Shown here: piece by piece, positions 7,082-17,282 of the stretch | How positions within the stretch are numbered: the stretch's first letter is position 1 | Layout of the letters: every line of letters starts with the position of its first letter | NCBI GenBank assembly: GCA_943354455.1 | Contig: CALRCB010000001.1 | Coordinates: 1 to 38,952, forward strand | Length of the DNA stretch: 38,952 nucleotides | Direction of reading: 5' to 3' | Source: Candidatus Staskawiczbacteria bacterium | GTDB lineage: Bacteria > Patescibacteriota > Minisyncoccia > Minisyncoccales > Staskawiczbacteraceae | The notes under the pieces: model-generated | The model's input: only the letters and a program-made list of their open reading frames with translations | What the model was told of the DNA's origin: nothing | Database searches by the model: none | Position numbers and translations under genes: made by a program

Positions 7082-7208
7082 AGCTCTGAAGTCCTGTAAA
7101 TATTCTATATTACATTTATATCGGGAGTCCAATATCCGCTATGGCCTTGGTCATGGCATGAGGACACCCACTTAAAATTTCATAGAAATTTTAAAGGAAG
7201 TCAGAGCA
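7082..7208 (+). ncRNA. ssrS: Putative compact 6S RNA
   Basis: Rod-like fold: closing stem 7083-7108/7182-7207, A/U-rich central bubble, GGGAGUCC...GGACACCCAC inner stem and apical hairpin; own promoter and terminator. Confidence 0.65.
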
Positions 7209-7243
7209 ACAAAAATCCGCCCTACGTAGGCGGTTTTTTGTTT
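7208..7243. terminator. Bidirectional terminator between the ncRNA and rpmB
   Basis: aacaaaaatccgcc-ctacgta-ggcggttttttgttt. Confidence 0.75.
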
Positions 7244-7257
7244 TAAGTAATATATAA

Positions 7258-7449
7258 TTATTTAGCCATTGCCTTCATGCACTTAGTGCAGGCAAGGACT
7301 CGTGCTTTAGTGCCGGTAAGCAAACGAACCCATTGTAAGTTTGGGTATTTCCTCACTTTTTGAGTAGGGTTGTATTTTCCTCGCAATTTTACTAATTGCC
7401 AAGACATCCCGGATTTTTTCTTGCAGATTGTACAGATTTTTGATGCCAT
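7258..7449 (-). CDS. rpmB: 50S ribosomal protein L28 (Zn-binding type)
   Basis: MASKICTICKK...R+YPNLQ...ACTKC pattern. Confidence 0.85.
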   Translation of the reverse strand: MASKICTICKKKSGMSWQLVKLRGKYNPTQKVRKYPNLQWVRLLTGTKARVLACTKCMKAMAK

Positions 7450-7516
7450 AATATTTTTATATAAATGTACTATATCTTATCTTTTATTTTTTTGCAATAC
7501 CTGTTATACAGTAAGT

Positions 7517-8140
7517 ATGGAAGTTATTATTACCATTTTTTCATTGGTCGTTTTATTATTTTCGGTTATCATTCATGAACTGGCCCATGGTTATGTGGCC
7601 AATTCTTTGGGTGACCCAACCGCAAAATACGCTGGGCGCTTAACTTTAAACCCAATCCCGCATTTGGATATGTTCGGTTCTATTATATTACCGCTCTTAC
7701 TATTTATATCAGGAAGTCCAATGTTGGTTGGCTGGGCCAAACCGGTTCCTATTAACCCGTATAATTTTAAAGACCAAAAATGGGGGACACTAAAAGTTTC
7801 TTTGGCGGGGCCCTTAACCAACATTGCCCTGGCCTTAGTGTTTGGATTATTATTGCGGTTTATACCCGAGGCATTTTTTGCAACTATGCCAGGACTGTTT
7901 ATTATATTTTCTTTTGTGGTTCATATTAATATCATTTTAGCTATTTTTAATTTGGTGCCAATTCCTCCGCTGGACGGTTCATGGGTACTGTTTAAATTTA
8001 TTCCACCGCAATTTGAATATATAAAAACATTCTTGCATCAGTACGGAGTTTTTCTGTTGATTTTCTTTATCTTTTTTGGGGGGCTGCAATTTTTGGGAGC
8101 CATTACTGAATTTATTTTTCACATAATCACCGGTATTTAA
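7517..8140 (+). CDS. Site-2 protease, peptidase M50 family
   Basis: HELAHG, GDPTAK..GRLTLNP, AGP and FNLVPIPPLDG motifs; start ATG 7517. Confidence 0.92.
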   Translation: MEVIITIFSLVVLLFSVIIHELAHGYVANSLGDPTAKYAGRLTLNPIPHLDMFGSIILPLLLFISGSPMLVGWAKPVPINPYNFKDQKWGTLKVSLAGPLTNIALALVFGLLLRFIPEAFFATMPGLFIIFSFVVHINIILAIFNLVPIPPLDGSWVLFKFIPPQFEYIKTFLHQYGVFLLIFFIFFGGLQFLGAITEFIFHIITGI

Positions 8141-8169
8141 TTGACAGCAAAAAATAAATTTGCTACACT
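8141..8169 (+). promoter_or_regulatory. str operon promoter
   Basis: TTGACA-N17-TACACT with TGn extension. Confidence 0.7.
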
Positions 8170-8204
8170 GTTATTACATTAAGCGCAATCGCGCTTTTAA
8201 TTTT

Positions 8205-8615
8205 ATGCCAACAATTCATCAATTAATTAAAAAACCAAGAAAAGCCATTAAAGCCAAAAAGAAGGGTGTGGCTTTGCATTACGGGTTTAACGCTTTGCAA
8301 AACAAACCTTCTGTATACCCATCACCATTTAAGCGGGGAGTATGTATAAAAGTGTTTACTCAAACTCCAAGAAAACCAAACTCAGCTTTAAGAAAAGTAG
8401 CCAGGGTTAAATTGTCTAATGGAATGGAAGTAACTGCATATATTCCCGGAGAAGGGCACAATTTGCAAGAACACAGCGTGGTATTAATCAGAGGAGGAAG
8501 AGTAAAGGATTTGGGAGGAGTACGATACCACATTGTAAGAGGAGTGTTAGATACTGCCGGAGTTGAAAATAGAAAGCAGGGAAGGTCAAGGTATGGAACT
8601 AAATTAAAGAAATAA
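8205..8615 (+). CDS. rpsL: 30S ribosomal protein S12
   Basis: [30 protein letters not shown]; start ATG 8205. Confidence 0.98.
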   Translation: MPTIHQLIKKPRKAIKAKKKGVALHYGFNALQNKPSVYPSPFKRGVCIKVFTQTPRKPNSALRKVARVKLSNGMEVTAYIPGEGHNLQEHSVVLIRGGRVKDLGGVRYHIVRGVLDTAGVENRKQGRSRYGTKLKK

Positions 8616-8635
8616 ACAGTATATAATAGAAACCT

Positions 8636-9100
8636 ATGCGAAGAGCTTATAAAAAACATATTATTGCCCCGGATTCAGTTTACAACGACTTAGTTGTTGC
8701 TCAATTCATTAACAAAGTAATGAAGTCTGGTAAGAAAACCGTTGCCCAACGCATCGTGTACGATTCTTTTAATATTATAAAAGAAAAAACTCAAAAAGAA
8801 CCGTTGGAAGTATTTAACTTGGCGATTGAAAATGTTTCTCCATTATTGGAAGTAAAACCAAAAAGAGTTGGAGGAGCTACTTACCAGGTACCAATGGAAG
8901 TAAGAATGGAACGAAAATTGGATTTGGCGATTAAGTGGATTTTAGACGCCGCCAGAAGCAAAAAAGGAAAAGGTATGGCGATTAAATTGAGTGAAGAATT
9001 ATTGGCCGCTGCTAATAACGAAGGAAACGCCATGAAAAAGAAAGCCGACACTCACCGAATGGCCGAAGCAAACAAAGCTTTTGCCCACTTTGCAAGATAA
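8636..9100 (+). CDS. rpsG: 30S ribosomal protein S7
   Basis: [10 protein letters not shown] and [12 protein letters not shown]. Confidence 0.98.
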   Translation: MRRAYKKHIIAPDSVYNDLVVAQFINKVMKSGKKTVAQRIVYDSFNIIKEKTQKEPLEVFNLAIENVSPLLEVKPKRVGGATYQVPMEVRMERKLDLAIKWILDAARSKKGKGMAIKLSEELLAAANNEGNAMKKKADTHRMAEANKAFAHFAR

Positions 9101-9133
9101 ATACCCTCGTTCTAATTTTAATTTTATATTTTT

Positions 9134-11209
9134 ATGTCACGAGAATACCCAATTGAGAAAATGAGAAACTTCGGAATTATTGCCCACATTGATGCGGGCA
9201 AAACAACTGTTTCAGAGCGGTTGCTTTTTTATACCGGAGTATCACACAAAATCGGAGAAGTTCACGAGGGAGACACCGTGATGGACTGGATGCCTCAAGA
9301 ACGAGAACGGGGAATCACCATTACCGCCGCCGCAATTACCATGCACTGGAAGGGGATTCAAATGAACTTAATTGATACCCCTGGTCACATTGACTTTACT
9401 GCTGAAGTACAGCGATCTTTGCGTGTATTGGACGGAGCCTGCGTGGTGTTTGACGGAGTGGCCGGAGTTGAACCACAATCTGAAACCGTTTGGAGACAGG
9501 CCGATAAATATGGTACGCCAAGAATGTGTTTTATTAATAAATTGGACAGAATGGGAGCTTCTTTTGAAAAGTCTTTCCAAAGCATTCACGATAAGTTAAC
9601 CAAAAGTGCGGTAGCGATTACTATTCCCATTGGAACTGAAGCTGATTTTGCCGGAGTGGTTGATTTATTAAAAATGAAAATGCTTTCTTACGAAGGCGAA
9701 ATGGGGGAGAATGTGGTTGAAAAAGAAATTCCCGTTGAAATGTTGGAAAAAGCCAAACAGTGGCGTGAAACCATGGTAGATATGATTGCCGGCTCTGATG
9801 AAAAATTAACCGACAAACTTTTGGGTGGAGAGGAAATTTCACGAGAAGAACTGATGAAGGCTTTGCGAGCCGCAACTTTGGCTTCTAAATTGGTGCCGGT
9901 ATTTTGCGGAACCGCTTTAAAGAATAAAGGAACTCAATTGATTTTAGACGGAGTGATTGATTATTTGCCTTCGCCATTGGATATTGGCTCTGTAAAAGGA
10001 ACTGATCCAAAAACTGGAGCCGAAATTGAACGGAAGTTTACCGATGACGAACCATTTGCCGCTTTAGTATTTAAAGTGGCCACCGACCCCTTCGTCGGGC
10101 AATTAACGTTCTTTAGGGTGTATTCCGGAACCTTAAACAAGGGTACTTACGTATTAAATTCCGTTACCGGAGAACAGGAAAGAATTGCCCGAATTTTGCG
10201 GATGAAATCAAATTCACGGGAAGAACTTGATGTTTTGTATGCCGGAGAAATTGGTGCCACGGTTGGATTAAAAGATACTTCAACCGGACACACATTGTGC
10301 GACAAAGATAAACCGGTGATTTTAGAAAAAATTTCTTTCCCAGAACCGGTGATTGCTATGCGAGTTGAACCAAAAACCAAGGCTGACCAAGAAAAGCTTA
10401 TTATGTCTATTAGAAAGTTAACCCAAGAAGACCCGACTTTTAGAATTAAAGAAGATATTGAAACCGGTGAGACGATTATTTCCGGTATGGGAGAATTACA
10501 CTTAGACATTATTCAAGATAGATTAAAACGGGAATTTAACGTGGACGCCAACTTTGGTCGCCCACAAGTGGCTTATAAAGAAACTATTACCATGGAAGCC
10601 GAAGCCGAAGAAAAATATATTCGTCAGTCTGGAGGTAAAGGACAATATGGTCACGTTTGCATAAGGCTCAAGCCAATGGAGCGAGGTGCAGGATTTTCAT
10701 TTATTGATGCAATTAAAGGAGGATCTATTCCAAAAGAATTTATTAAGCCAACTGAAAAGGGTATTATTGAAGCGTTAGACAAGGGAATTGTCGCTGGCTA
10801 CCCAATGGTAGACGTTGAAGTTACTCTTTACGATGGATCATTCCACGATGTTGACTCTTCGGAATTTGCCTTTAAAATTGCCGGATCTATTGCTTTGCAA
10901 TCCGGTGCCAAATCAGCCAAGCCGGTTATTTTGGAACCAATTATGAAAACAGAAGTCATTACCCCCGAGGCATTTTTTGGAACGGTTATTTCTGACTTAA
11001 ATTCACGAAGAGGGAAAATTGCTGAGACTAAAGAAAGAATGGGAATGAAAGTAATGGATGCGATGGTTCCTTTGTCAGAAATGTTTGGATATGCCACCGC
11101 TTTAAGAAGTTTAACGGAAGGCCGGGCATCATTTACCATGGAATTTAACAGCTACGAACAGGTTCCCGGCAACGTAGCCCAACAGATTATTGAGGGAAGA
11201 GGAAAGTAA
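9134..11209 (+). CDS. fusA: Elongation factor G
   Basis: AHIDAGKTT, ERGITI, DTPGH, NKLD, GMGELHL. Confidence 0.98.
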   Translation: MSREYPIEKMRNFGIIAHIDAGKTTVSERLLFYTGVSHKIGEVHEGDTVMDWMPQERERGITITAAAITMHWKGIQMNLIDTPGHIDFTAEVQRSLRVLDGACVVFDGVAGVEPQSETVWRQADKYGTPRMCFINKLDRMGASFEKSFQSIHDKLTKSAVAITIPIGTEADFAGVVDLLKMKMLSYEGEMGENVVEKEIPVEMLEKAKQWRETMVDMIAGSDEKLTDKLLGGEEISREELMKALRAATLASKLVPVFCGTALKNKGTQLILDGVIDYLPSPLDIGSVKGTDPKTGAEIERKFTDDEPFAALVFKVATDPFVGQLTFFRVYSGTLNKGTYVLNSVTGEQERIARILRMKSNSREELDVLYAGEIGATVGLKDTSTGHTLCDKDKPVILEKISFPEPVIAMRVEPKTKADQEKLIMSIRKLTQEDPTFRIKEDIETGETIISGMGELHLDIIQDRLKREFNVDANFGRPQVAYKETITMEAEAEEKYIRQSGGKGQYGHVCIRLKPMERGAGFSFIDAIKGGSIPKEFIKPTEKGIIEALDKGIVAGYPMVDVEVTLYDGSFHDVDSSEFAFKIAGSIALQSGAKSAKPVILEPIMKTEVITPEAFFGTVISDLNSRRGKIAETKERMGMKVMDAMVPLSEMFGYATALRSLTEGRASFTMEFNSYEQVPGNVAQQIIEGRGK

Positions 11210-11239
11210 TTATTTTAGGTAATAATTAATTTTTAAAAC

Positions 11240-11710
11240 ATGTCACTTGATCCAGAAAACAATTATGAAGATTCTTCTCAGAGAGAGGAACGATTAATGC
11301 AAGAATTACATTCGGCTTTTGAGGAAGTAGTAGCATTTTTTGAAAGTGCCGAAAGTGGTATTGGAGAAATGAGGGGTTTATCAAAAAAATTTAGCGCCTT
11401 AGAAGAGCGAATAGAGGAATCAGATAAATTAGAGCATGATTTAAAAATAGAATTAGATAAGCTAAAAGCTAAAGAAGAAACTATTTCTGATTTGGATGAA
11501 AAAATTGATGCGTCAAGAGATGTTGCCGAGCAGCAAGCTAAGATCTGGGAACTTTGGTCAAAGCAAGATGATTTATATAAGGAGTTTTATAAAATTTGCG
11601 AAGATGAGGCTGGAATGAAGGGTGATGTTGAGGGGACTATGGCAATTATCCAAATGAAGATAGAAAAAATTGAAGCAATAAAAAAAGAATTAAGAGAGTT
11701 GGGAAATTAA
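11240..11710 (+). CDS. Hypothetical acidic coiled-coil protein
   Basis: 156-aa E/K-rich helical ORF; no recognised motif. Confidence 0.65.
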   Translation: MSLDPENNYEDSSQREERLMQELHSAFEEVVAFFESAESGIGEMRGLSKKFSALEERIEESDKLEHDLKIELDKLKAKEETISDLDEKIDASRDVAEQQAKIWELWSKQDDLYKEFYKICEDEAGMKGDVEGTMAIIQMKIEKIEAIKKELRELGN

Positions 11711-11767
11711 GTAAAAAAAGAGCGCTGAACCGAAGTTAAGCGCCTTGAACTTTAAAGAAAGATTTTT

Positions 11768-11953
11768 TTACTCTTTCTTTTCTCGTTCCATTAAAGTCAC
11801 ACATCCATAACTACCAATGTATATTGGCACTACTTTCCAGCCATCTTGTCCGGCTTGATTAAGAAGACTTTCCAATTCCTTGGCACGGTCATCAGAGTTC
11901 AAATCGCAGGAAAAATCCTGATACTTGATAACCTTATACTCCCACTTTCGCAT
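11768..11953 (-). CDS. Small DUF4177-like protein
   Basis: KWEYKV...LNQAGQDGW.VV...MER pattern; SD GAAAGGAG and TTGACA-N17-TATATT upstream on the minus strand. Confidence 0.75.
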   Translation of the reverse strand: MRKWEYKVIKYQDFSCDLNSDDRAKELESLLNQAGQDGWKVVPIYIGSYGCVTLMEREKKE

Positions 11954-12147
11954 AACGATTCTCCTTTCGGAAGAAAAAGAGGATTCGGCAGTATCAAACA
12001 GCTTATCGATAATATATAGTAATAGAAGGGATTTGTCAAATAGTACAGGATGAGATAGAATATTGTATTGACTTATTAAAAATAATATAATAGTATTACT
12101 GGTATAAACAAAATAAATAAAAATAATAACTAAAATTTCTCACACAT

Positions 12148-13347
12148 ATGGCAACAGAAAAATTTGAGAGGTCAAAACCTCACGTAAACATTGGTACCAT
12201 CGGACACGTTGACCATGGAAAAACTACCACCTCAGCCGCAATCATGCACGTTACAGGATTGCGTGGTTTAAAGCATTCAGCCGCCGGAGTTGATGATATC
12301 GACAAATCTCCTGAAGAAAAAGCCAGGGGGGTAACAATTTCTATTACTCACTTGGAAATGGAAACTCCAAAAAGGCACTATGCTTTGATTGATTGTCCAG
12401 GACACGCTGACTACATCAAAAACATGATTACGGGAGCTGCCCAAATGGACGGTGGAATTTTAGTAGTATCTGCTCCAGACGGACCTATGCCTCAAACCAA
12501 AGAACATATTCTGTTAGCTAAACAGGTTGGTTTGCCTAGTCTTTTGGTATGGATGAATAAGTGCGATATGGTGGACGACCCAGAAATTTTAGATTTGGTT
12601 GAATCGGAAATCCGGGAATTATTGAAAAAATATGGTTTCCCAGGAGACACTACTCCCATTATCAGAGGTTCAGCGGTAAAAGCTTTAGAATCAAAGTCTA
12701 TTGATGATGCAGGAGCCAAGTCAATTATTGAATTATTGGATGCATGCGACACCTATATCCCAGAACCCGTAAGAGAATTAGAAAAACCCTTTTCAATGGC
12801 TATTGAAGACGTGTTTTCTATTGAAGGACGGGGAACCGTTGCTACTGGAAGAATTGAACGAGGAGTTATTAAACAAAACGATGAAGTTGAAATTGTGGGG
12901 CTTAAACCAACACAAAAGTCTGTAGTCGTTTCTGTTGAAATGTTCCAAAAATCTTTGGAAGCAGGAGGACAAGCTGGAGACAATGTTGGAATTTTGCTCA
13001 GAGGCTTGAAAAAAGAAGATATTGAAAGAGGTCAAGTTTTGTGCAAACCAGGATCAATTACTCCTCATACAGAATTTGAAGCCGAGGTATATGTATTAGG
13101 CAAAGAAGAGGGCGGAAGACATACGCCATTCTTTACTGGATACAAGCCGCAATTATATATGAGAACTTCAGATATTACTGGTGATGTAACTTTGCCAGCA
13201 GGAACCGAAATGGTTATGCCTGGAGATACTGCCCAATTAATCGTTAAATTAATTGTGCCAGTAGCTTTAGAGGAAAAATCAAAGTTTGCTATCAGAGAAG
13301 GGGGTAAGACTGTAGGAGCAGGAGTGGTAACTAAAATAATTAAATAG
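12148..13347 (+). CDS. tuf: Elongation factor Tu
   Basis: [29 protein letters not shown]. Confidence 0.98.
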   Translation: MATEKFERSKPHVNIGTIGHVDHGKTTTSAAIMHVTGLRGLKHSAAGVDDIDKSPEEKARGVTISITHLEMETPKRHYALIDCPGHADYIKNMITGAAQMDGGILVVSAPDGPMPQTKEHILLAKQVGLPSLLVWMNKCDMVDDPEILDLVESEIRELLKKYGFPGDTTPIIRGSAVKALESKSIDDAGAKSIIELLDACDTYIPEPVRELEKPFSMAIEDVFSIEGRGTVATGRIERGVIKQNDEVEIVGLKPTQKSVVVSVEMFQKSLEAGGQAGDNVGILLRGLKKEDIERGQVLCKPGSITPHTEFEAEVYVLGKEEGGRHTPFFTGYKPQLYMRTSDITGDVTLPAGTEMVMPGDTAQLIVKLIVPVALEEKSKFAIREGGKTVGAGVVTKIIK

Positions 13348-13365
13348 AAATAATAGCTCTTTAAT

Positions 13366-13752
13366 ATGGCAGTAGCAAAAAAGACAACTCCAAAGAAAAA
13401 GACCGAGAAGCCTGAAGTGGATGCTCCAAAAGAAGCCGGTAGTGCTGTAGTGCCAAAACTCAGAATTAAGTTAAAGGCTTACGACCATAAAATTATTGAT
13501 AATTCTGTTCGACAGATTATTGATATTGCTAACCGGAATGGAGTTGAAGTAGTTGGTCCAGTGCCATTGCCTACTGAAATATTAAAGTACACCGTAAACC
13601 GATCAACCTTTGTTCACAAAAACGCCAGAGAGCAGTTTGAGATGAGAGTCCACAAAAGAATTATTGATGTGTTAAATCCAAACGAAGGGATTATTGAAGC
13701 ATTGAGAGAATTAAATTTGCCGTCAGGGGTTGACATATCAATTAAAATTTAG
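13366..13752 (+). CDS. rpsJ: 30S ribosomal protein S10
   Basis: [24 protein letters not shown]-terminal extension. Confidence 0.97.
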   Translation: MAVAKKTTPKKKTEKPEVDAPKEAGSAVVPKLRIKLKAYDHKIIDNSVRQIIDIANRNGVEVVGPVPLPTEILKYTVNRSTFVHKNAREQFEMRVHKRIIDVLNPNEGIIEALRELNLPSGVDISIKI

Positions 13753-13868
13753 TAAATTATAGCATTGTGATACTACTCTTACTAAGTAAGAGATAAGTCC
13801 AAAATTAAGATCTTTTCTTAGATCTTGCTTTATCGGGCTTAATGCCCGATATTTGATTGAAAAAAAGT

Positions 13869-14459
13869 ATGAAATTTATCATCGGAAAAAAAATTGGAAT
13901 GACTCAAATGTTTGATAGTACCGGAAAAATAACTCCGGTAACTTTGGTTGAGGCAGGTCCTTGTACTATATTGCAAAAAATGTCTAAAGATAAAGAAGGG
14001 TATGATGCTTTGCAATTAGGATACATAAAAATTGAAAAGAAAAGTAAGATTAAAAAGTCAATGAAGGGCAAAGAGTATCGCTATATTAAAGAAACCAGAA
14101 CCACTGATACTGCCACCGTTGGCGACCAAGTTACGGTTTCTATTTTTGCCGAGGGAGATAAAGTAACCGTTGTTGGTACGTCAAAAGGAAAAGGATTTCA
14201 GGGAGGAGTAAAACGGCACGGATTTCATGGAAGAAACGCCACCCACGGAGCCAAGCACGAAGCTAGAACCATAGGATCCATTGGACAGAGATTTCCCCAA
14301 CACGTTATTAAAGGAAGAAAAATGCCTGGCCGAATGGGCTTTGATAGGGTTACGGTAAAGAATTTGAAAGTTGCTAAAATTGACGTGGAAAATAATATGT
14401 TGGCTTTAATGGGTGCCATTCCGGGACACAAAGGCACATTGCTTCAAATTAAAGGATAA
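13869..14459 (+). CDS. rplC: 50S ribosomal protein L3
   Basis: GKKIGMTQ, SKGKGFQG, KMPGRMG; start ATG 13869. Confidence 0.97.
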   Translation: MKFIIGKKIGMTQMFDSTGKITPVTLVEAGPCTILQKMSKDKEGYDALQLGYIKIEKKSKIKKSMKGKEYRYIKETRTTDTATVGDQVTVSIFAEGDKVTVVGTSKGKGFQGGVKRHGFHGRNATHGAKHEARTIGSIGQRFPQHVIKGRKMPGRMGFDRVTVKNLKVAKIDVENNMLALMGAIPGHKGTLLQIKG

Positions 14460-14468
14460 TTTTTAAAA

Positions 14469-15101
14469 ATGAAAACAGCAGTTTATACAAAAGACGGAAA
14501 AGAGGCAGGTGAAATCACGTTGCCAAAAGAAATATTTGAAGTTCCGATGAACGCTGATTTGGTGCACCAAGTATTAATTTCACAAACCGGGAATAAACGA
14601 CAAGTTGGAGCTCATACTCAAAATCGAGGAGAGGTGCGCGGAGGAGGAAGAAAACCTTGGCGCCAAAAAGGTACCGGACGGGCCCGACACGGATCAACTC
14701 GATCTCCAATTTGGAAGGGCGGAGGAGTTTCAGGGGGTCCAAGAAATGACAAAAATTATACCAAAGAAATTCCTACTAAAATGAGAAGAAAAGCTTTGTT
14801 TATGGTATTGTCAGAAAAAGCAAAAAAGAATTTATTGGTGGTATTAGATAGTGCAAGCATTGAAAAGCCAAAGACAAAAGATATGGCTTCGACTATTAAA
14901 AATTTACCAATAAAGTTAGATAGCCGATTAGTAGTATATCAAACTGCCGACAAGAAAATGTTTTTAGCAACACGAAACATTAAAAAAACCGGAGTATCAG
15001 AGGCGCGGAATTTGAATGTTGTGGATTTGTTAAATTATAAATATTTGTTAATTAGCAGGGAAGGAATAAAAGAAATTGAAACTACGTTCGTAAAGAAATA
15101 A
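14469..15101 (+). CDS. rplD: 50S ribosomal protein L4
   Basis: [19 protein letters not shown]. Confidence 0.97.
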   Translation: MKTAVYTKDGKEAGEITLPKEIFEVPMNADLVHQVLISQTGNKRQVGAHTQNRGEVRGGGRKPWRQKGTGRARHGSTRSPIWKGGGVSGGPRNDKNYTKEIPTKMRRKALFMVLSEKAKKNLLVVLDSASIEKPKTKDMASTIKNLPIKLDSRLVVYQTADKKMFLATRNIKKTGVSEARNLNVVDLLNYKYLLISREGIKEIETTFVKK

Positions 15102-15102
15102 T

Positions 15103-15177
15103 TATATACAAGTATATATTTAATCACTCGGTCGGAATAATAAATTGTGATTTCTTGTTCCTCCCTCCCTCATAAAT
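15103..15177 (+). repeat. Dispersed structured element, copy A (before rplW)
   Basis: Near-identical to 26374-26449 and related to 21735-21810. Confidence 0.85.
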
Positions 15178-15612
15178 ATGGCATTATTAGATTTTTTAAA
15201 AAATAAAGAAGGAAAAGAGAAAGCTAAAAAAGCAGCTGAAAAGAAACCGGTGAAGGCTTCGGTTGCGCCAAAAGCTGAAAAAGTTGAAAAGAAAGGCGCC
15301 CCAGTAGTAGAAGTTAAAGCTTCACTACAGGGCAAGGGGTTCTCTTATAACATTGTAAAAGAACCGCACATTTCTGAAAAAGCCAGCGTTTTGGCAGAAA
15401 GTGATAAATATACCTTCAAGGTATATTCAAATACTAATAAACTGGAAATAAAAAAATCAGTCCAAGGAATTTACGGAGTAAATGTGTTAAGGGTAAATAT
15501 TATAAAGTCCCCAAAGAAAAAACGAAGATTAGGAAGAACCGAAGGTTATAAGAAAGCTTTTACTAAGGCAGTGGTTACCGTTAAAGCCGGCCAAAAAATA
15601 GAAATACTATAA
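15178..15612 (+). CDS. rplW: 50S ribosomal protein L23
   Basis: PHISEKA, YTFKV, NKLEIK, KAVVTV; long K/A-rich N-terminal extension. Confidence 0.95.
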   Translation: MALLDFLKNKEGKEKAKKAAEKKPVKASVAPKAEKVEKKGAPVVEVKASLQGKGFSYNIVKEPHISEKASVLAESDKYTFKVYSNTNKLEIKKSVQGIYGVNVLRVNIIKSPKKKRRLGRTEGYKKAFTKAVVTVKAGQKIEIL

Positions 15613-15638
15613 ATTAAGAATTTATATGCAAAGCATAT

Positions 15639-16469
15639 ATGAAAATATATAAACCTACAACTCCATCAAGGCGCGGAATGACAGGAATTGATTTTTCTTT
15701 GCTTACAAAAAAGCGAGCTGAAAAAAGCCTGGTAAAATATGTTAGAAGAAGTAATGGAAGGTCAAAGGCTTCTGGCAGAATTACCGTGCGCCACAAGGGT
15801 GGAGGAGTGAAAAAATTATACCGGATTGTAGAATTTGCCCAAACTAAAATGGATATGCCTGCTACAGTAATTGCTTTAGAATACGACCCAAATAGAACCG
15901 GTTTCATTGCCTTGATAGAATATACTGATAAAACTAAGCAATACATTATTACCCCTCAAGGATTAAAAGTAGGAGATAGTGTTTTATTTGCAGAAACTGC
16001 TCCATTGACTCCAGGTAATCGAATGAAATTAAAGAATATCTCTGTAGGAACGCCGGTATATAATATTGAATTAGAGTCTGGAAGGGGGGGGATTTTGGCA
16101 AGATCGGCCGGAAATAGCGCACAAGTATTGGCCCAAGAACACGGATTTACTAACTTAAAAATGCCTTCAAGTGAAGTGCGAAAGGTAAAAGATGAATGTT
16201 TTGCCACGATTGGAATGGTTTCAAATCCAGAAAACAGATTTTATCGGGTTGGAAAAGCTGGTAAATCAAGATTAAAAGGAAGACGGCCACATGTTAGAGG
16301 ATCAGCGATGAATCCGGTGGACCATCCACACGGAGGAGGAGAAGGAAGGCAGCCAATTGGATTAAAACATCCAAAGACGCCATGGGGTCTGCCAGCACTG
16401 GGAGTGAAAACTCGATACCGAAAGAAATGGACAAATAAATATATAATTTCAAGAAGAAAGAAAAAATAA
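15639..16469 (+). CDS. rplB: 50S ribosomal protein L2
   Basis: EYDPNR and RGSAMNPVDHPHGGGEG. Confidence 0.98.
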   Translation: MKIYKPTTPSRRGMTGIDFSLLTKKRAEKSLVKYVRRSNGRSKASGRITVRHKGGGVKKLYRIVEFAQTKMDMPATVIALEYDPNRTGFIALIEYTDKTKQYIITPQGLKVGDSVLFAETAPLTPGNRMKLKNISVGTPVYNIELESGRGGILARSAGNSAQVLAQEHGFTNLKMPSSEVRKVKDECFATIGMVSNPENRFYRVGKAGKSRLKGRRPHVRGSAMNPVDHPHGGGEGRQPIGLKHPKTPWGLPALGVKTRYRKKWTNKYIISRRKKK

Positions 16470-16475
16470 AAAACT

Positions 16476-16817
16476 ATGTCAAGAAGCTTAAGAAAAGGAC
16501 CATTTGTTGACCCAAGATTACTCCAAAAAGTATTGAAAGTAAGAAAAGACGAAAAAGTAATCATTAAAACTTGGGCAAGACATTCTACTATTTCTCCGGA
16601 AATGGTTGGGTTTACATTTGGAGTACATAATGGAAAAGAATTTGTTCCGGTATTTGCTTCAGAAGATATGGTGGGACATAAATTGGGAGAATTTTCTGCT
16701 ACGACTAAATTTTCACGACATGGAGGAAAAATGCAAAAAGGATTAGAACAGCAAGCCGAAGCATCAGCATCAGCGAAAACCGCAGCTGAAGTTAAGGCCC
16801 CGGCTGGTAAAAAATAA
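16476..16817 (+). CDS. rpsS: 30S ribosomal protein S19
   Basis: [24 protein letters not shown]. Confidence 0.97.
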   Translation: MSRSLRKGPFVDPRLLQKVLKVRKDEKVIIKTWARHSTISPEMVGFTFGVHNGKEFVPVFASEDMVGHKLGEFSATTKFSRHGGKMQKGLEQQAEASASAKTAAEVKAPAGKK

Positions 16818-16826
16818 TACATAACC

Positions 16827-17273
16827 ATGGAAGTCAAAGTATATTTAAGAAATTTAAGAACTGCCCCCCGAAAGTCAAAGGAAGTTATTGATTTAATCAG
16901 AAATAAAAATGTGGTTGAAGCACGTGCTCTTTTAGAATTTACCGTAAAGCGATCAGCTGACCCGGTGTTGCGATTGTTAAACAGCGCAGTTGCTTCTGCG
17001 GTAAATGATTTTCATTTAGAAGAATCAAATCTTAAAATTGCCAGATTATGGGTTGATGAAGGGCCGAAATTAAAACGATCCTTCCCAATGAGCCGAGGAC
17101 GAGCTTACCCAATTATGAAACGAACCAGTCATATTACCTTGGTAATTGATGAAATTAAACCAACTAAAGAAGTAAAAGAAGCAAAAACAACAGAAAATAA
17201 AGAAGTTGCCGAAGTAAAAAAAGAAGTTAAGAGGGAAGTAAAAAAAGTAGTTAAAAAGAAAACAACAAAATAA
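16827..17273 (+). CDS. rplV: 50S ribosomal protein L22
   Basis: APRK, VDEGP, GRAYPI.KRTSHI; KEVK-rich tail. Confidence 0.97.
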   Translation: MEVKVYLRNLRTAPRKSKEVIDLIRNKNVVEARALLEFTVKRSADPVLRLLNSAVASAVNDFHLEESNLKIARLWVDEGPKLKRSFPMSRGRAYPIMKRTSHITLVIDEIKPTKEVKEAKTTENKEVAEVKKEVKREVKKVVKKKTTK

Positions 17274-17282
17274 TACATAACT

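Noticed and set aside
7082..7208. Riboswitch or tRNA interpretation of the structured RNA
   Set aside because: No downstream gene on the same strand (rpmB is convergent) and no cloverleaf or T-loop; the rod with central bubble fits 6S better.
7370..8204. Extended track starts for the M50 protease (7370) and rpsL (8160); likewise rplC 13857, rplF 20778 and ykuK 27198
   Set aside because: The extensions overlap neighbouring genes or promoters; conserved N-termini begin at downstream ATGs.
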